Source: a virus. Taken from it: DNA of 56,633 nt. Positions 1-9,121 of the stretch are shown here, one piece after another. Numbering within the stretch: the first letter of the stretch is position 1; each line of letters starts with the position of its first letter. The notes under the pieces are model-generated. The model did no database searches. It was not told the DNA's origin and saw only the letters and a list, made by a program, of their open reading frames with translations. A program made the position numbers and the translations under genes. The DNA lies in IMG/VR virus record IMGVR_UViG_3300033182_000185; one strand, given 5' to 3'.

Positions 1-141
1 AGTAGGTAACTATTTATTTTACCCACAAGAAGTTACTATCAGTTTAGGAGGGCATTCTCCAGACCTTAAGTTTAGTCTTGCGCCAAGCATTGGGGCAGGC
101 ACTTTAGCAGTTAATGGACAGGCTCCTGTATTTGCTAAGGG
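1..141. repeat. Terminal direct duplication, copy 1: nt 1-141 identical to nt 56493-56633 (assembly overlap of a circular or circularly permuted genome, unit length 56,492 bp)
   Basis: Both ends compared base by base. The identical 141-mer is 'agtaggtaactatttatttt...cctgtatttgctaaggg'. An ORF reads in frame across the join. Confidence 0.95.
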
Positions 142-373
142 AGTATTTAGAACTGTACCGCAAGCCACTCTTACATTTGACATTCCAAAATGGTCAGATA
201 TGTCTGCAACTTGGGCGGCGGTTTCTGGAAATTGGAACAGTTATGGTATGGCTCCAACAGTTGGGCAAACCCATTCATATGATCCAGAAACAGGGATATT
301 TACTATTGAGGGTCATCAGTCAGATGTTATCTGGAAAGACCCAACTTGGAAACCGACAGTATGGATAATATAA
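2..373 (+). CDS. 3' part of the junction-spanning gene (5' part is 56365-56633); 166-aa hypothetical virion/tail-associated protein once circularised
   Basis: The frame is open from nt 2 to TAA 371-373 (VGNYLFYPQEVTISLGG...KDPTWKPTVWII*). It has no start in the window, so it is absent from the ORF track. It is in frame with ATG 56365 through the 141-bp overlap. It contains internal 'TLALNGYAPS / TLAVNGQAPV' repeats. Confidence 0.75.
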   Translation, partial: VGNYLFYPQEVTISLGGHSPDLKFSLAPSIGAGTLAVNGQAPVFAKGVFRTVPQATLTFDIPKWSDMSATWAAVSGNWNSYGMAPTVGQTHSYDPETGIFTIEGHQSDVIWKDPTWKPTVWII

Positions 374-513
374 AAAGAGAAAAAACATTTAGTTGGTCTG
401 AAATGTGTTACAAGGTTGATCCAAACCTTAACGCTCCAAAACCAATTTACGTATTTGATAATGGGAATAGGGTTTTTTATTCTCAGCCGAGAAAAGTAAA
501 GGGAAGAAAATAA
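361..513 (+). CDS. Small hypothetical protein (50 aa)
   Basis: Hand translation from ATG 361: MDNIKREKTFSWSEMCYKVDPNLNAPKPIYVFDNGNRVFYSQPRKVKGRK. Stop TAA 511-513 overlaps the next ATG (TAATG). The SD is weak and the ORF is below the track size cut-off. Confidence 0.35.
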   Translation: MDNIKREKTFSWSEMCYKVDPNLNAPKPIYVFDNGNRVFYSQPRKVKGRK

Positions 514-848
514 TGTCTTTAGATGTTGCAAAGGCTGATGTATTTAAGGCAACAGATCATACTTTAGCTAAGAATGTTGCTGAGAAATTAGAAGAGAAGT
601 ATCCTGGATGGCTTTGGGCTGTAAACGTAATGGATGGAGTTTTGTCTGTTAAGTCCATGAGATTGTCAGGAAACTGGGGATTTGTTCTTCACACTGATAA
701 AATAGATAATGACTATAAAATGGTCGTTATGGCTGGCGGAGAAATACTGGAGAGATTTAGACAGAAACGAGGTGGATTTAATAACACTCTGTATAATGAT
801 CTAGTAATGGATTCGACAGGAAAACTTAACGGGGACTATTCTCAATGA
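513..848 (+). CDS. Hypothetical protein upstream of portal
   Basis: ORF track, 111 aa. It is translationally coupled to the portal gene (ATGA overlap at 845-848). No motif recognised. Confidence 0.6.
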   Translation: MSLDVAKADVFKATDHTLAKNVAEKLEEKYPGWLWAVNVMDGVLSVKSMRLSGNWGFVLHTDKIDNDYKMVVMAGGEILERFRQKRGGFNNTLYNDLVMDSTGKLNGDYSQ

Positions 849-3028
849 GCCGAATTAATCCGCAGCCTCCTACAGAAGGTTCAGAAAATGTATCAGTTGA
901 GCAAATGGATGATGATACTCCTCGTATTGAGGATTTTTGGCTGCGCATTGCCCGTGAAGCATACGAAGACTCTAGTGATTGGTTAGATACAAACCTGCGT
1001 GAACAGTGGGAAAAGAGTATTTCACTGTTTAACAGCAAGCATCCTCCTGGCTCTAAGTATAATACTGGTGCTTATGAGAAGCGTTCAAGATTCTTTAGGC
1101 CTAAAACCAGGACCGCAGTAAGGAACCTCCAGTCCGCTATGGCTGTTGCATTCTTTACTAATGAAGATGTTGTAAGTGTACAGCCTAGAAACCCTAATGA
1201 TCTTGAGCAAGTGGCAGCCGCCGCTGTGTCCCAGTCGATCATGCAGTATAGGCTTACCAATACCATTCCCTGGTTCCAGACAATGTCTGCTGCCTTACAG
1301 GACGCCGCAGTACAGGGTGTATGCATAAGCCACCAGTATTGGGAATACGAAGAGCAAGAAGAATCTTATCTTAACGTTGATAACCAGAACCGCCCTATTA
1401 TGGATGAAGAGGGCAAGCCTGTAGTTACAACCCAAAAGACATCTATCAAGGATAAACCTGTCATTGAAATGGTTTCTCCTGAAAATCTAAGGATTGATCC
1501 AGCGTCAGATTGGTCTGATCCTATTGAAAGCAGTCCTTACATTATCCAGCTCATACCTATGTACGTGCAAGATGTGCGTCAGAAGATGATCGACGGTGAA
1601 TGGCTTGATATTCCTATAGGGGAGCTTCTTGCGTCTGAGACTGACGAAGAAGATAACACCACAAGAATGATTCGTGATGAGCCTCGCGAAGATCGTTTAG
1701 ATAACGATGCTGGTTATGGTGATATTGACTCATACAAGATTGTATGGGTGCATAAAAACATTATTAAAAAAGAAGGTATTGATTGGTGCTACTTCACTGC
1801 TGGAGTAGACGCCATGCTCACAGAACCAAAGCCTTTGCAGGAGATGTATCCTTGGCTTAGAAATGGCGAGCGCCCATACGTCATGGGCTATACCAACGTA
1901 GAGTCACACAGAATTTATCCAGCTGGTACAGTAGAGTTAACACAGGAGCTACAGGCTGCTGCTAATGACATCTGGAACCAGCGATTCGATAATGTTCGTC
2001 TCGCAATGAATAAGCGCTACCACATCCGTAGGGATAGAAACATTGATCTTGATGCTCTGTTTCGCTCGGTGCCTGGTGGCGCAGTTGAGATGGACGATCC
2101 GGATGCTGATGTTCGGGTTATTGATACGAGAGACGTAACTGGTTCTGCATATGCTGAGCAAGACAGAATCAATATGGACTTTGATGAGTTGCAAGGCAAC
2201 TTCTCAACCTCGACGGTACAGGGTGCACGATCACTCAACGAGACCGTTGGCGGTATGTCTCTCATGGCAAGTAACAGTGGCACAGTTACTGAATATGTTT
2301 TGAGGACCTTCTCAGAGACATGGGTGGAGCGCGTACTTAAGCAGCTGATGCGGCTTGAACAGTACTATGAAACTGATGCAGTTATCCTTGAGCTGGCTGG
2401 AGATGCAGCCGCCTCGGTTAATGAACAGTTCCAGGGTGCCGTTGATGATCTGCTTAAGTACGAAGTTTTACTTAAAGTTAATGTTGGTATTAGCGCAACA
2501 GACCCATTAAGAAAGGTCCAAAATCTTGTGTCTGGTATACAGATGCTTGGAGAGCTTCCTGGTTTCGCACAAAGTCTAAATGTTCCAGAAGTTGTTAAAG
2601 AAGTATTTGGACAGCTTGGATACAAAGATGGTGAGCGTTTTGTCAACATGGAAGAAGACCCACGCATTGCTGAACTAACTGCTCAGTTAGAGCAGATGCA
2701 GATGTATATAGAAAGCGAGCAGGGCAAGCTTCAGAACCGATTACAGGTTGAGCAGATGAAGCAGCAAGGAAATCTTGAGGCAGCTAACCTTAAGCATGGC
2801 GCAGAGATTCGCATGAAAGAAATGGAAGGTCAACTTAAATATCTTGATCTCCAGTTAAAACAAGAAGACGTGGCTACGAGAAGGGCTGAATTAATGTTAC
2901 AACGAGAGGCTCTGATTAATCAGATAGCTGATGCTGAACTCAAAAGGCAAGAAGAAATGGTTGCTGAAGGAGATGTCGGCGTGATGGCTAGGAATGATTA
3001 CAATAATATACCTTACGCAGTAGGATAA
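845..3028 (+). CDS. Portal (head-tail connector) protein
   Basis: 727 aa, the first large gene of the head module, followed by scaffold-like and capsid genes. It has a long C-terminal coiled coil (LEQMQMYIESEQGKLQNRLQVEQMKQQ...), as in large podovirus portals. The call rests on position, size and general resemblance. Confidence 0.8.
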   Translation: MSRINPQPPTEGSENVSVEQMDDDTPRIEDFWLRIAREAYEDSSDWLDTNLREQWEKSISLFNSKHPPGSKYNTGAYEKRSRFFRPKTRTAVRNLQSAMAVAFFTNEDVVSVQPRNPNDLEQVAAAAVSQSIMQYRLTNTIPWFQTMSAALQDAAVQGVCISHQYWEYEEQEESYLNVDNQNRPIMDEEGKPVVTTQKTSIKDKPVIEMVSPENLRIDPASDWSDPIESSPYIIQLIPMYVQDVRQKMIDGEWLDIPIGELLASETDEEDNTTRMIRDEPREDRLDNDAGYGDIDSYKIVWVHKNIIKKEGIDWCYFTAGVDAMLTEPKPLQEMYPWLRNGERPYVMGYTNVESHRIYPAGTVELTQELQAAANDIWNQRFDNVRLAMNKRYHIRRDRNIDLDALFRSVPGGAVEMDDPDADVRVIDTRDVTGSAYAEQDRINMDFDELQGNFSTSTVQGARSLNETVGGMSLMASNSGTVTEYVLRTFSETWVERVLKQLMRLEQYYETDAVILELAGDAAASVNEQFQGAVDDLLKYEVLLKVNVGISATDPLRKVQNLVSGIQMLGELPGFAQSLNVPEVVKEVFGQLGYKDGERFVNMEEDPRIAELTAQLEQMQMYIESEQGKLQNRLQVEQMKQQGNLEAANLKHGAEIRMKEMEGQLKYLDLQLKQEDVATRRAELMLQREALINQIADAELKRQEEMVAEGDVGVMARNDYNNIPYAVG

Positions 3029-3029
3029 T

Positions 3030-3365
3030 ATGGGCTATTATGATCCCCGTGAAATCGGGATTGATGATCTAGTAAAGCGTATCCGAATAGGACACGCTAC
3101 TAAAGATTTTTTAAACACTTCTGTTGGGCAAGCAATATTAGAAAAGGCCTTAGTTCAGTACAAAAAAGGCATAGATAACTTAGAAAAAATTGGGCTTAAC
3201 GGATTTGACGGCTCTCAAGAAGAAGAGCTAAAAGAGTACCGGAAGATTATTTCTGATCTCTCAACACCTTTGAAATCGCTAAAGTGGTTTGATAGCGTTA
3301 TACAAGAAGGGAACAATGCTGATAAGATTGCGAAGTATAAATCTTCTGGTGATTTAGAACCATAA
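3030..3365 (+). CDS. Hypothetical head-module protein
   Basis: ORF track, 111 aa. It is tightly packed between the portal and scaffold-like genes. Confidence 0.6.
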   Translation: MGYYDPREIGIDDLVKRIRIGHATKDFLNTSVGQAILEKALVQYKKGIDNLEKIGLNGFDGSQEEELKEYRKIISDLSTPLKSLKWFDSVIQEGNNADKIAKYKSSGDLEP

Positions 3366-3377
3366 GGAGATACTAAT

Positions 3378-4367
3378 ATGGAAAACGCTACCCAGCAGGA
3401 TGCGTTAGAATCGGAAGAGGTTGTAGTTGAGGAATCAACAGAAGATCAGCCTGTAGAAGAGATGAACGCTTCTGTTAATCCAATGTCTGCTAGAGAAAAA
3501 GCTTTAGAAGAAATCTATAATAGACGGCGGGAAGAAGAAGGTGTTCCAGATACTGAAGAAGTTACAGAGGATGCTCCGGAAGCCCCAGTTTGGCATGATG
3601 GAAAACAGTGGGTTACAAAAATCAAGGTTAATGGTGAAGAAGTAAATGTACCGTTTGACTCTTTGAAATCATCCCATCAGAAAGACAGAGCTTCTCAAGA
3701 AAAGTTTCAGGCTGCTGCTATTAAGGAGCGAGAACTCCTGTATAGAGAGCAGCAGTTACAAGAACGTATTAAACAATTAAATTCTCAACCACCCCAACAG
3801 GACGTTGAGCAGCAGGAAGAAGTCGGTGATGTTGACGACATTGTTGAAAAATATCATGAGGCATTATTCCAGGATGATGCAGCGGAGGCTGCTAAATTAC
3901 TCAGAACCTTGGCAAATAGTGGGCGCAGTAATGCTACCCAAAATATAGAAGAGGTTGTTAATCAGGCTATTTTATCTCACGAAGCGAGAAAAAAAGCAGA
4001 GCGAGAGCATATTCAAAGAGCTGCTTATCAGGCAGAGTTAGAGGATGCAGTACGATCTTTTAATGATAATTATCCTGATATTGCAGAATCTGAAGAGCTT
4101 AGAGCGGTTGCAGATAGGAAGACGATTACCCTGACTCAGGAGAATCCTGATTGGACACCGTCCCAGATTATCAATGCAGCTGCTGAGTACACTCGTGAGT
4201 GGGCTGGAATCAGTTCTGAATCAAATGGAAGGTTTAATCGCAAGCAAAAAATTGTGAGGCAACCTAAATCAGTAAGGGCCTCTTCCAGCAGTCCCAAAGA
4301 TGATGTTCCTATGACACCATCTGAGATTGTTGCAGAGATGCGTAAGGCTAGAGGTCAAACTATATAA
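3378..4367 (+). CDS. Putative scaffolding protein
   Basis: 329 aa with a very acidic N-terminus (EEVVVEESTEDQPVEE) and Q/E-rich coiled-coil-like sequence. It lies between the portal and major capsid genes. SD is AAGGAG. Confidence 0.6.
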   Translation: MENATQQDALESEEVVVEESTEDQPVEEMNASVNPMSAREKALEEIYNRRREEEGVPDTEEVTEDAPEAPVWHDGKQWVTKIKVNGEEVNVPFDSLKSSHQKDRASQEKFQAAAIKERELLYREQQLQERIKQLNSQPPQQDVEQQEEVGDVDDIVEKYHEALFQDDAAEAAKLLRTLANSGRSNATQNIEEVVNQAILSHEARKKAEREHIQRAAYQAELEDAVRSFNDNYPDIAESEELRAVADRKTITLTQENPDWTPSQIINAAAEYTREWAGISSESNGRFNRKQKIVRQPKSVRASSSSPKDDVPMTPSEIVAEMRKARGQTI

Positions 4368-4385
4368 CTCTTTTGGAGGTTAATT

Positions 4386-5351
4386 ATGGCTGGACAAGTA
4401 TGGTCAGTTAACACCTCTGGTGGTTATATGTATGCCGACAACCTGAGCCGCCTGCTACGCATGGCAGTTCAGCCGATGGTGAAGTTCCGTCAGTTCTGTG
4501 ACGTTAAAGACGCAGCACATCAGGGCCTTCATCGAGGTGACACATTCCACTGGAACGTGTACAGCGATGTTGCCACTCAAGGCACCACGCTGACTGAAAC
4601 CAGCACGATCCCCGAAACCTCGTTCACTATTTCTCAGGGAACCATGACCATTACGGAAGCGGGTAACTCCGTTCCGTTCACTGGTAAGTTGGACGATCTC
4701 TCTGAGCAGCCTGTGGCCGAAGTTATCCGGAAAGTGCTGAAAAATGACGCTGTTAAAGGATTCGATAATCTTGCATCTGCGCAGTTTGACGCCTGTAAAG
4801 TTCGCGTCACTCCTACCGCTGGTACGAGCACGACTTCTTTGGTGGTGACTGAAAACGGTGCGTCTGCTACGACTAACAACGTTGCTCTTGGAAAAGACCA
4901 CGTTAAGTTGATCGTTGACGAAATGAAAGAGCGTAATATCCCGGCTTATGCTGACGATGATTATTACTCTATCGCTCGTCCTTCGACCTATCGCCAGTTG
5001 AAAAATGATCTGGAAAGCATTAAGCAGTACATTGATGCTGGCTTCCAGATGATCATGAACGGTGAGATTGGTCGTTACGAGGGTGTTCGTTTTGTCGAGC
5101 AGACTCACAAGGGTGCCGCAGCTCTCGGTACTGCATCAAGCGCATGGACCAACGGCAAGTCCGATTGGTGTGTGTTCTTTGGTGAAGATACCGTTGCTGA
5201 AGCAATTGCTGTTCCTGAAGAAATTCGTGGGAAAATTCCTGGGGACTTCGGACGGGATCGTGGTATTGCCTGGTATTATTTGGGAGGTTTCGGCCTCGTT
5301 CACACGCAAGCTGCCCAGTCACGTATCGTGATGTGGGACAGTGATAGTTAA
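4386..5351 (+). CDS. Major capsid protein (HK97-fold type)
   Basis: 321 aa with SD GGAGG upstream. It sits directly after the scaffold gene. Sequence style matches coat proteins (MAGQVWSVNTSGGYMYADNLS...GIAWYYLGGFGLVH). Confidence 0.8.
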   Translation: MAGQVWSVNTSGGYMYADNLSRLLRMAVQPMVKFRQFCDVKDAAHQGLHRGDTFHWNVYSDVATQGTTLTETSTIPETSFTISQGTMTITEAGNSVPFTGKLDDLSEQPVAEVIRKVLKNDAVKGFDNLASAQFDACKVRVTPTAGTSTTSLVVTENGASATTNNVALGKDHVKLIVDEMKERNIPAYADDDYYSIARPSTYRQLKNDLESIKQYIDAGFQMIMNGEIGRYEGVRFVEQTHKGAAALGTASSAWTNGKSDWCVFFGEDTVAEAIAVPEEIRGKIPGDFGRDRGIAWYYLGGFGLVHTQAAQSRIVMWDSDS

Positions 5352-5365
5352 GGAGGTAGATAGTT

Positions 5366-5749
5366 ATGAGTTACAGCGATCCACGTCCTTATACGTACTC
5401 GTTTGGCGAGATTGATTTCGGCGCTGGTGGTGACGCTCTTGTTGTCACCGGTCCTAGCGGCAAGCAGGGTTCTATCAAAGAAATCCTTGTTTCTGCTACC
5501 GAAACTTTTACCAACACTACAACTGAAGCCATCGTGGAACTTGGTTCTTCGAGTGGTGGCGCTCAGTACGTTAACATGGGCCTTGGCACTCTTGCCGATG
5601 GCGCAGACCAGCGTCTGACTGACACCGCTGCTGACCTTGTGTCTGATGCGCTTCCTGCTGACACCGACATTCATGTCACGTTCAATGCTCCTACTGGCGG
5701 TACGCCTGCTGGTAAAGCGTTTGTGCAGATCATGATTGAATGGTACTAG
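5366..5749 (+). CDS. Hypothetical head-associated protein (possible decoration/accessory protein, by position only)
   Basis: 127 aa with SD AAGGAGG. It is Thr/Gly/Ala-rich and lies immediately downstream of the capsid gene. Confidence 0.6.
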   Translation: MSYSDPRPYTYSFGEIDFGAGGDALVVTGPSGKQGSIKEILVSATETFTNTTTEAIVELGSSSGGAQYVNMGLGTLADGADQRLTDTAADLVSDALPADTDIHVTFNAPTGGTPAGKAFVQIMIEWY

Positions 5750-5758
5750 GAGGAAATC

Positions 5759-5935
5759 ATGGCTAAAGATAGCGCAAGTGGTAAAATGCCCGACAACGGT
5801 CTTTCTGAAAAATCGTCATTTGCTGGCGAATCCAATGCCTCTCTTGGCTTGGACAGCAAAGGTAAAGATCAGAAGCCTATTGGTACGGTGAAGAAGAGCG
5901 TCTCTGGTTCCCACGGGAAGTTCGAGATGTGCTAA
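5759..5935 (+). CDS. Small hypothetical protein (58 aa)
   Basis: Hand translation: MAKDSASGKMPDNGLSEKSSFAGESNASLGLDSKGKDQKPIGTVKKSVSGSHGKFEMC*. A perfect SD (TAGGAGGAAATCATG) precedes it. It is below the ORF-track cut-off. Confidence 0.5.
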   Translation: MAKDSASGKMPDNGLSEKSSFAGESNASLGLDSKGKDQKPIGTVKKSVSGSHGKFEMC

Positions 5936-5985
5936 TTGATGCGGGGGAGGGGCAACTCTCCCCCAATTCATTTCAGGAGAATCAA

Positions 5986-6210
5986 ATGAAAATTAATGTA
6001 ATTACTGCTTATATCGGTGACAGTGTAGAAACTCCTCAAGAAGGTTATGGTTTCACCGAGCCGAAGCAGAAAGGATATACGAGCGGAAGTCAGTTGTTTG
6101 ATGAACGCGCTATGGAATACAGGCGAGAACAACCTCGCTCTAACAATGAAGCCAGAGCACACGGCAAAATGGTTCGTTCCGGCATGACGGTATCTGGTTG
6201 GGGATTTTAA
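5986..6210 (+). CDS. Small hypothetical protein (74 aa)
   Basis: Internal ATG of track ORF 5929-6210, preceded by CAGGAGAATCAAATG. Sequence starts MKINVITAYIGDSVETPQEGYGF... Confidence 0.5.
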   Translation: MKINVITAYIGDSVETPQEGYGFTEPKQKGYTSGSQLFDERAMEYRREQPRSNNEARAHGKMVRSGMTVSGWGF

Positions 6211-6217
6211 TCACTAA

Positions 6218-7300
6218 GTGAAAATAATAACAGTTCCTGAAAAGGAAATTGAAGACTTTACTCCAGAAGATTTTGGAGGAGTAAGGAAAGAAAAAACAGT
6301 TTGTGTAATTAGATATGGGGCTTTCGGAGATATACTGCAAACAAGTTCAGTATTGCCTTTATTGAAAGAACAGGGTTACAGAGTATGTGTTAATACTCAA
6401 GAAGTAGGGAAGGATATATTAAGATCAAACCCTTACGTTGATGAGCTTCTAATCCAACGAAAAGATCAAATATACGCTGACAGGCTTGATGAGTATTGGG
6501 CGCATTTTGATGGGTTATTTGATAAGATCATTCAATTTTCTGAATCTGTTGAAGGAAGCCTTCTTCTTGTTGGTGATAGAACAGTAGAGCTTGCAGAAGG
6601 ACCTACACTCATTAAGGGTGACGAAAGGTTTGAATGGGACAAAGACAAGATTCATGCAGAGTGTGATGTTAATTACATGGAAAGAATGCATGACATCGCT
6701 GAAGTTGATTATGAGTTTGATTGCAGATTCTACCCAACAAAGAAAGAAGAAGAAAGGGTAAGGAACTGGAAGAAAAAGAAAGTCAAGACAAAGTACCTTG
6801 TTATGAATGTCTTGTCTGGATCATCTGTCCACAAAGTATGGCCTTGGAATGATGCTTTGATGGCCAGGTTTTTAGACATCAGAAAGGATGTAACCTTTGT
6901 TACGGTTGGTGACTATGCCTGTAAACTCCTGGAGCAAGGATGGGAGTCAGAAAGCAGGGTGTTAACCACTTCTGGTGAATGGCCTATTAGAGATGTATTA
7001 GCACTCGCCAAGCTATGCAATGTAGTAGTAGGGCCAGAGACTGGAGTTCTAAACTCAGTATCTTCATATGATAAAATACATAAGACATTGTTCTTGTCTC
7101 ATTCATCTAAGGAGAATCTGAGTAAGCACTGGAAAAATACTACCTCGTTCGAACCTTTTGCCGCTGATTGTTACCCATGTCACAAATTGCATCATGGGTT
7201 TGACACTTGCAAGAGGGACGAAGAAACAGGTGGGGCTTTGTGTGCATCCAAGATACCAGTTGGTAAAGTTTATATGGATATAGCGAAGAACTTAAAATGA
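6218..7300 (+). CDS. Glycosyltransferase family 9 (heptosyltransferase)-like protein
   Basis: 360 aa with a GTG start. Three GT9-style blocks are present: 'VCVIRYGAFGDILQTSSVLPLL', 'LSGSSVHKVWPWNDALMARFL' and 'LALAKLCNVVVGPETGVLNSVSS'. Confidence 0.6.
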   Translation: MKIITVPEKEIEDFTPEDFGGVRKEKTVCVIRYGAFGDILQTSSVLPLLKEQGYRVCVNTQEVGKDILRSNPYVDELLIQRKDQIYADRLDEYWAHFDGLFDKIIQFSESVEGSLLLVGDRTVELAEGPTLIKGDERFEWDKDKIHAECDVNYMERMHDIAEVDYEFDCRFYPTKKEEERVRNWKKKKVKTKYLVMNVLSGSSVHKVWPWNDALMARFLDIRKDVTFVTVGDYACKLLEQGWESESRVLTTSGEWPIRDVLALAKLCNVVVGPETGVLNSVSSYDKIHKTLFLSHSSKENLSKHWKNTTSFEPFAADCYPCHKLHHGFDTCKRDEETGGALCASKIPVGKVYMDIAKNLK

Positions 7301-7992
7301 GCACTTATTTAGTTTTATGCCAAGATATGTCTAGAGATATAGGGATACCAGGTACTGGACCCTCTAGCGTTACTGCTTCTGATCTTTCAGAAGAGGAGCT
7401 TGCTGTTGTTCGGTATATCAAACAGGCTGATTTGGATATTCAAAGGAGATGGTTTAATTGGAACTTCTTGTGGGGAGAATCGACTCTTACACCTTCTGTT
7501 GGAACATCCACTCTAACATCTCCATCAGACCTTGGAAATTGGAAGCTTGATTCTATTATTTGGTCTAAAGCTACCGAGGATTATCAAGAGCTTGAGTATG
7601 TAGATTGGGATGAATACAAACTTGAGTATAAACTTGGTGTTGTAGACTCAGGAACGCCTGAAGTATTTTCCGTAAAACCTGATAATGTAATAGATGTATA
7701 TCCTACCCCAGATGCCGCCACAACTATCTCAGCTGAATACTGGAAAACTCCTACAGAGTTGGCCGCAGATTCAGATATCTCTGCTATTCCCCAACGATTC
7801 CATAATATTATTATTGCTAGAGCAAAAATATACTACGGAGAGAATGAGGATGCCCCAGAAATTTTAAGTGGCGCACTGGCTGAGTTTGAGGATTTGCTTG
7901 ATAAGCTTGAATCAGATCAGTTACCGGGGCAAAAGAATCGTAGGTTCTCTAGAGTCCAAGACTTGTTTAACTATACAGTTAGAACAGAATGA
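7297..7992 (+). CDS. Putative tail adaptor / tail tubular protein A-like
   Basis: 231 aa. 'IQRRWFNWNFLW' and the C-terminal 'IPQRFHNIIIARAKIYY' recall the T7 gp11 pattern, recalled from memory. It lies upstream of the nozzle-like gene. Confidence 0.4.
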   Translation: MSTYLVLCQDMSRDIGIPGTGPSSVTASDLSEEELAVVRYIKQADLDIQRRWFNWNFLWGESTLTPSVGTSTLTSPSDLGNWKLDSIIWSKATEDYQELEYVDWDEYKLEYKLGVVDSGTPEVFSVKPDNVIDVYPTPDAATTISAEYWKTPTELAADSDISAIPQRFHNIIIARAKIYYGENEDAPEILSGALAEFEDLLDKLESDQLPGQKNRRFSRVQDLFNYTVRTE

Positions 7993-8522
7993 CAAAGTTA
8001 CGCAACCGATCACTAAGGCCCAGCGGTCTTAGGTCTAATTATTTTCCGTTTACCGGAGGCCTAAACCTAGTAGACCCTGCTCTGTCTATTACACCAGGTG
8101 AGTGCGTTTCTGCTGATAATTTTGAAGTAGACATTAGGGGGAGGTATCAGCGTCTTGATGGGTATGAAAGAGCAGATGGACAAACACTGCCTTCTGAAGT
8201 TGTTTACTATAGGATTCCGTTTACTATTGGGACATCGCTGTTCTCTCAATATGATGCCGGATATGATACTGGATTTCTTTTAAATATACCGTCTCCTGGC
8301 GATTTATTAGTTGGATCAACAACTGGCGCTGTTGGCAGCGTTCTGCAAGTTACCATTGAAGGTATAGCGCCAAGCGCTAGTGGTGGTTCATTTGCTAATG
8401 ATAACGCTCAAGGATATATATATTACTCAGTAATTAGTGGTAATTTTCAGATTGGTGAAACAGTTAACTTTCTAACTAAAGATAGCGCCTATGGAAGCGC
8501 ATTCAATGTGGAGTATAAATAA
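7989..8522 (+). CDS. Hypothetical tail-module protein
   Basis: ORF track, 177 aa, with an ATGA overlap to the upstream gene. Confidence 0.6.
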   Translation: MTKLRNRSLRPSGLRSNYFPFTGGLNLVDPALSITPGECVSADNFEVDIRGRYQRLDGYERADGQTLPSEVVYYRIPFTIGTSLFSQYDAGYDTGFLLNIPSPGDLLVGSTTGAVGSVLQVTIEGIAPSASGGSFANDNAQGYIYYSVISGNFQIGETVNFLTKDSAYGSAFNVEYK

Positions 8523-9121
8523 TGGCAGATACTAGACGAACTAGGGCTTACTTGCTTGGGACAAGTTTCCCTGACAATACTGTTGGCTCTATCTCAGCGC
8601 AAGATATGAGAGACTATGTTGTCTCTGCAATGGGTTCTTACGCTAATATCAACAACAATGCAGGTGATGGAACGCCTACTACACAGTCTGTAGCAAGCGC
8701 TACGACTGTCACTCTTGACTGGTCAACAGGAAGTTCAGGCGCTAATGGCCCTGATGACACAGATGGTTCATCTTACGGAGCAGACGCTGATTATTCCAAT
8801 GACAGAATTCGTATATACGACAAAGGAATCTACAAAGTTCAAGTCGCCATAAGTTTTAAACAGGATACTGGAACAAATATTAATTGGCTGTATGTTATTG
8901 GAACACAGGCTGATGGAGGATCAATTGTAGAGAATAACTATAAGGTTGAACGCTATCTAGAAGATTCAAATGATACTGCATCAATCTCTATTAACGGTTT
9001 GATTGATACCACTGCTCATACTAACTATACCGATCTTATCATTCGACTTAGGCATGATAACGGATCGTCTAGAAATATTCTTTTGCAGTATGCCCAGATG
9101 ACTTGTTTTAGAGTTGGCTAA
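8522..9121 (+). CDS. Hypothetical tail-module protein with a beta-rich (jelly-roll-like) C-terminal half
   Basis: 199 aa with a TAATG overlap on both sides. The C-terminal pattern is '...RIYDKGIYKVQVAISFKQD...LIIRLRHDNG'. Confidence 0.6.
   Translation: MADTRRTRAYLLGTSFPDNTVGSISAQDMRDYVVSAMGSYANINNNAGDGTPTTQSVASATTVTLDWSTGSSGANGPDDTDGSSYGADADYSNDRIRIYDKGIYKVQVAISFKQDTGTNINWLYVIGTQADGGSIVENNYKVERYLEDSNDTASISINGLIDTTAHTNYTDLIIRLRHDNGSSRNILLQYAQMTCFRVG

Noticed and set aside
114-368. Track ORF 114-368 (+), 84 aa, and antisense ORF 316-531 (-)
   Set aside because: Both overlap the real junction-spanning frame (nt 2-373), which continues from ATG 56365. The 114-368 product is Leu/Arg-rich with no SD, and the track misses the true frame only because its start lies beyond the window edge.
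4455-5108. Long antisense ORFs inside the major capsid gene (4455-5108, 4634-4879, 5053-5322 on minus; 5062-5331 on plus)
   Set aside because: They lie entirely within a well-supported capsid gene, lack SDs and have an Arg/Ser/Leu-heavy composition typical of antisense frames. The same reasoning applies to antisense ORFs within portal, the giant gene, RNR (25237-26463), primase-helicase and the AAA/VWA genes.
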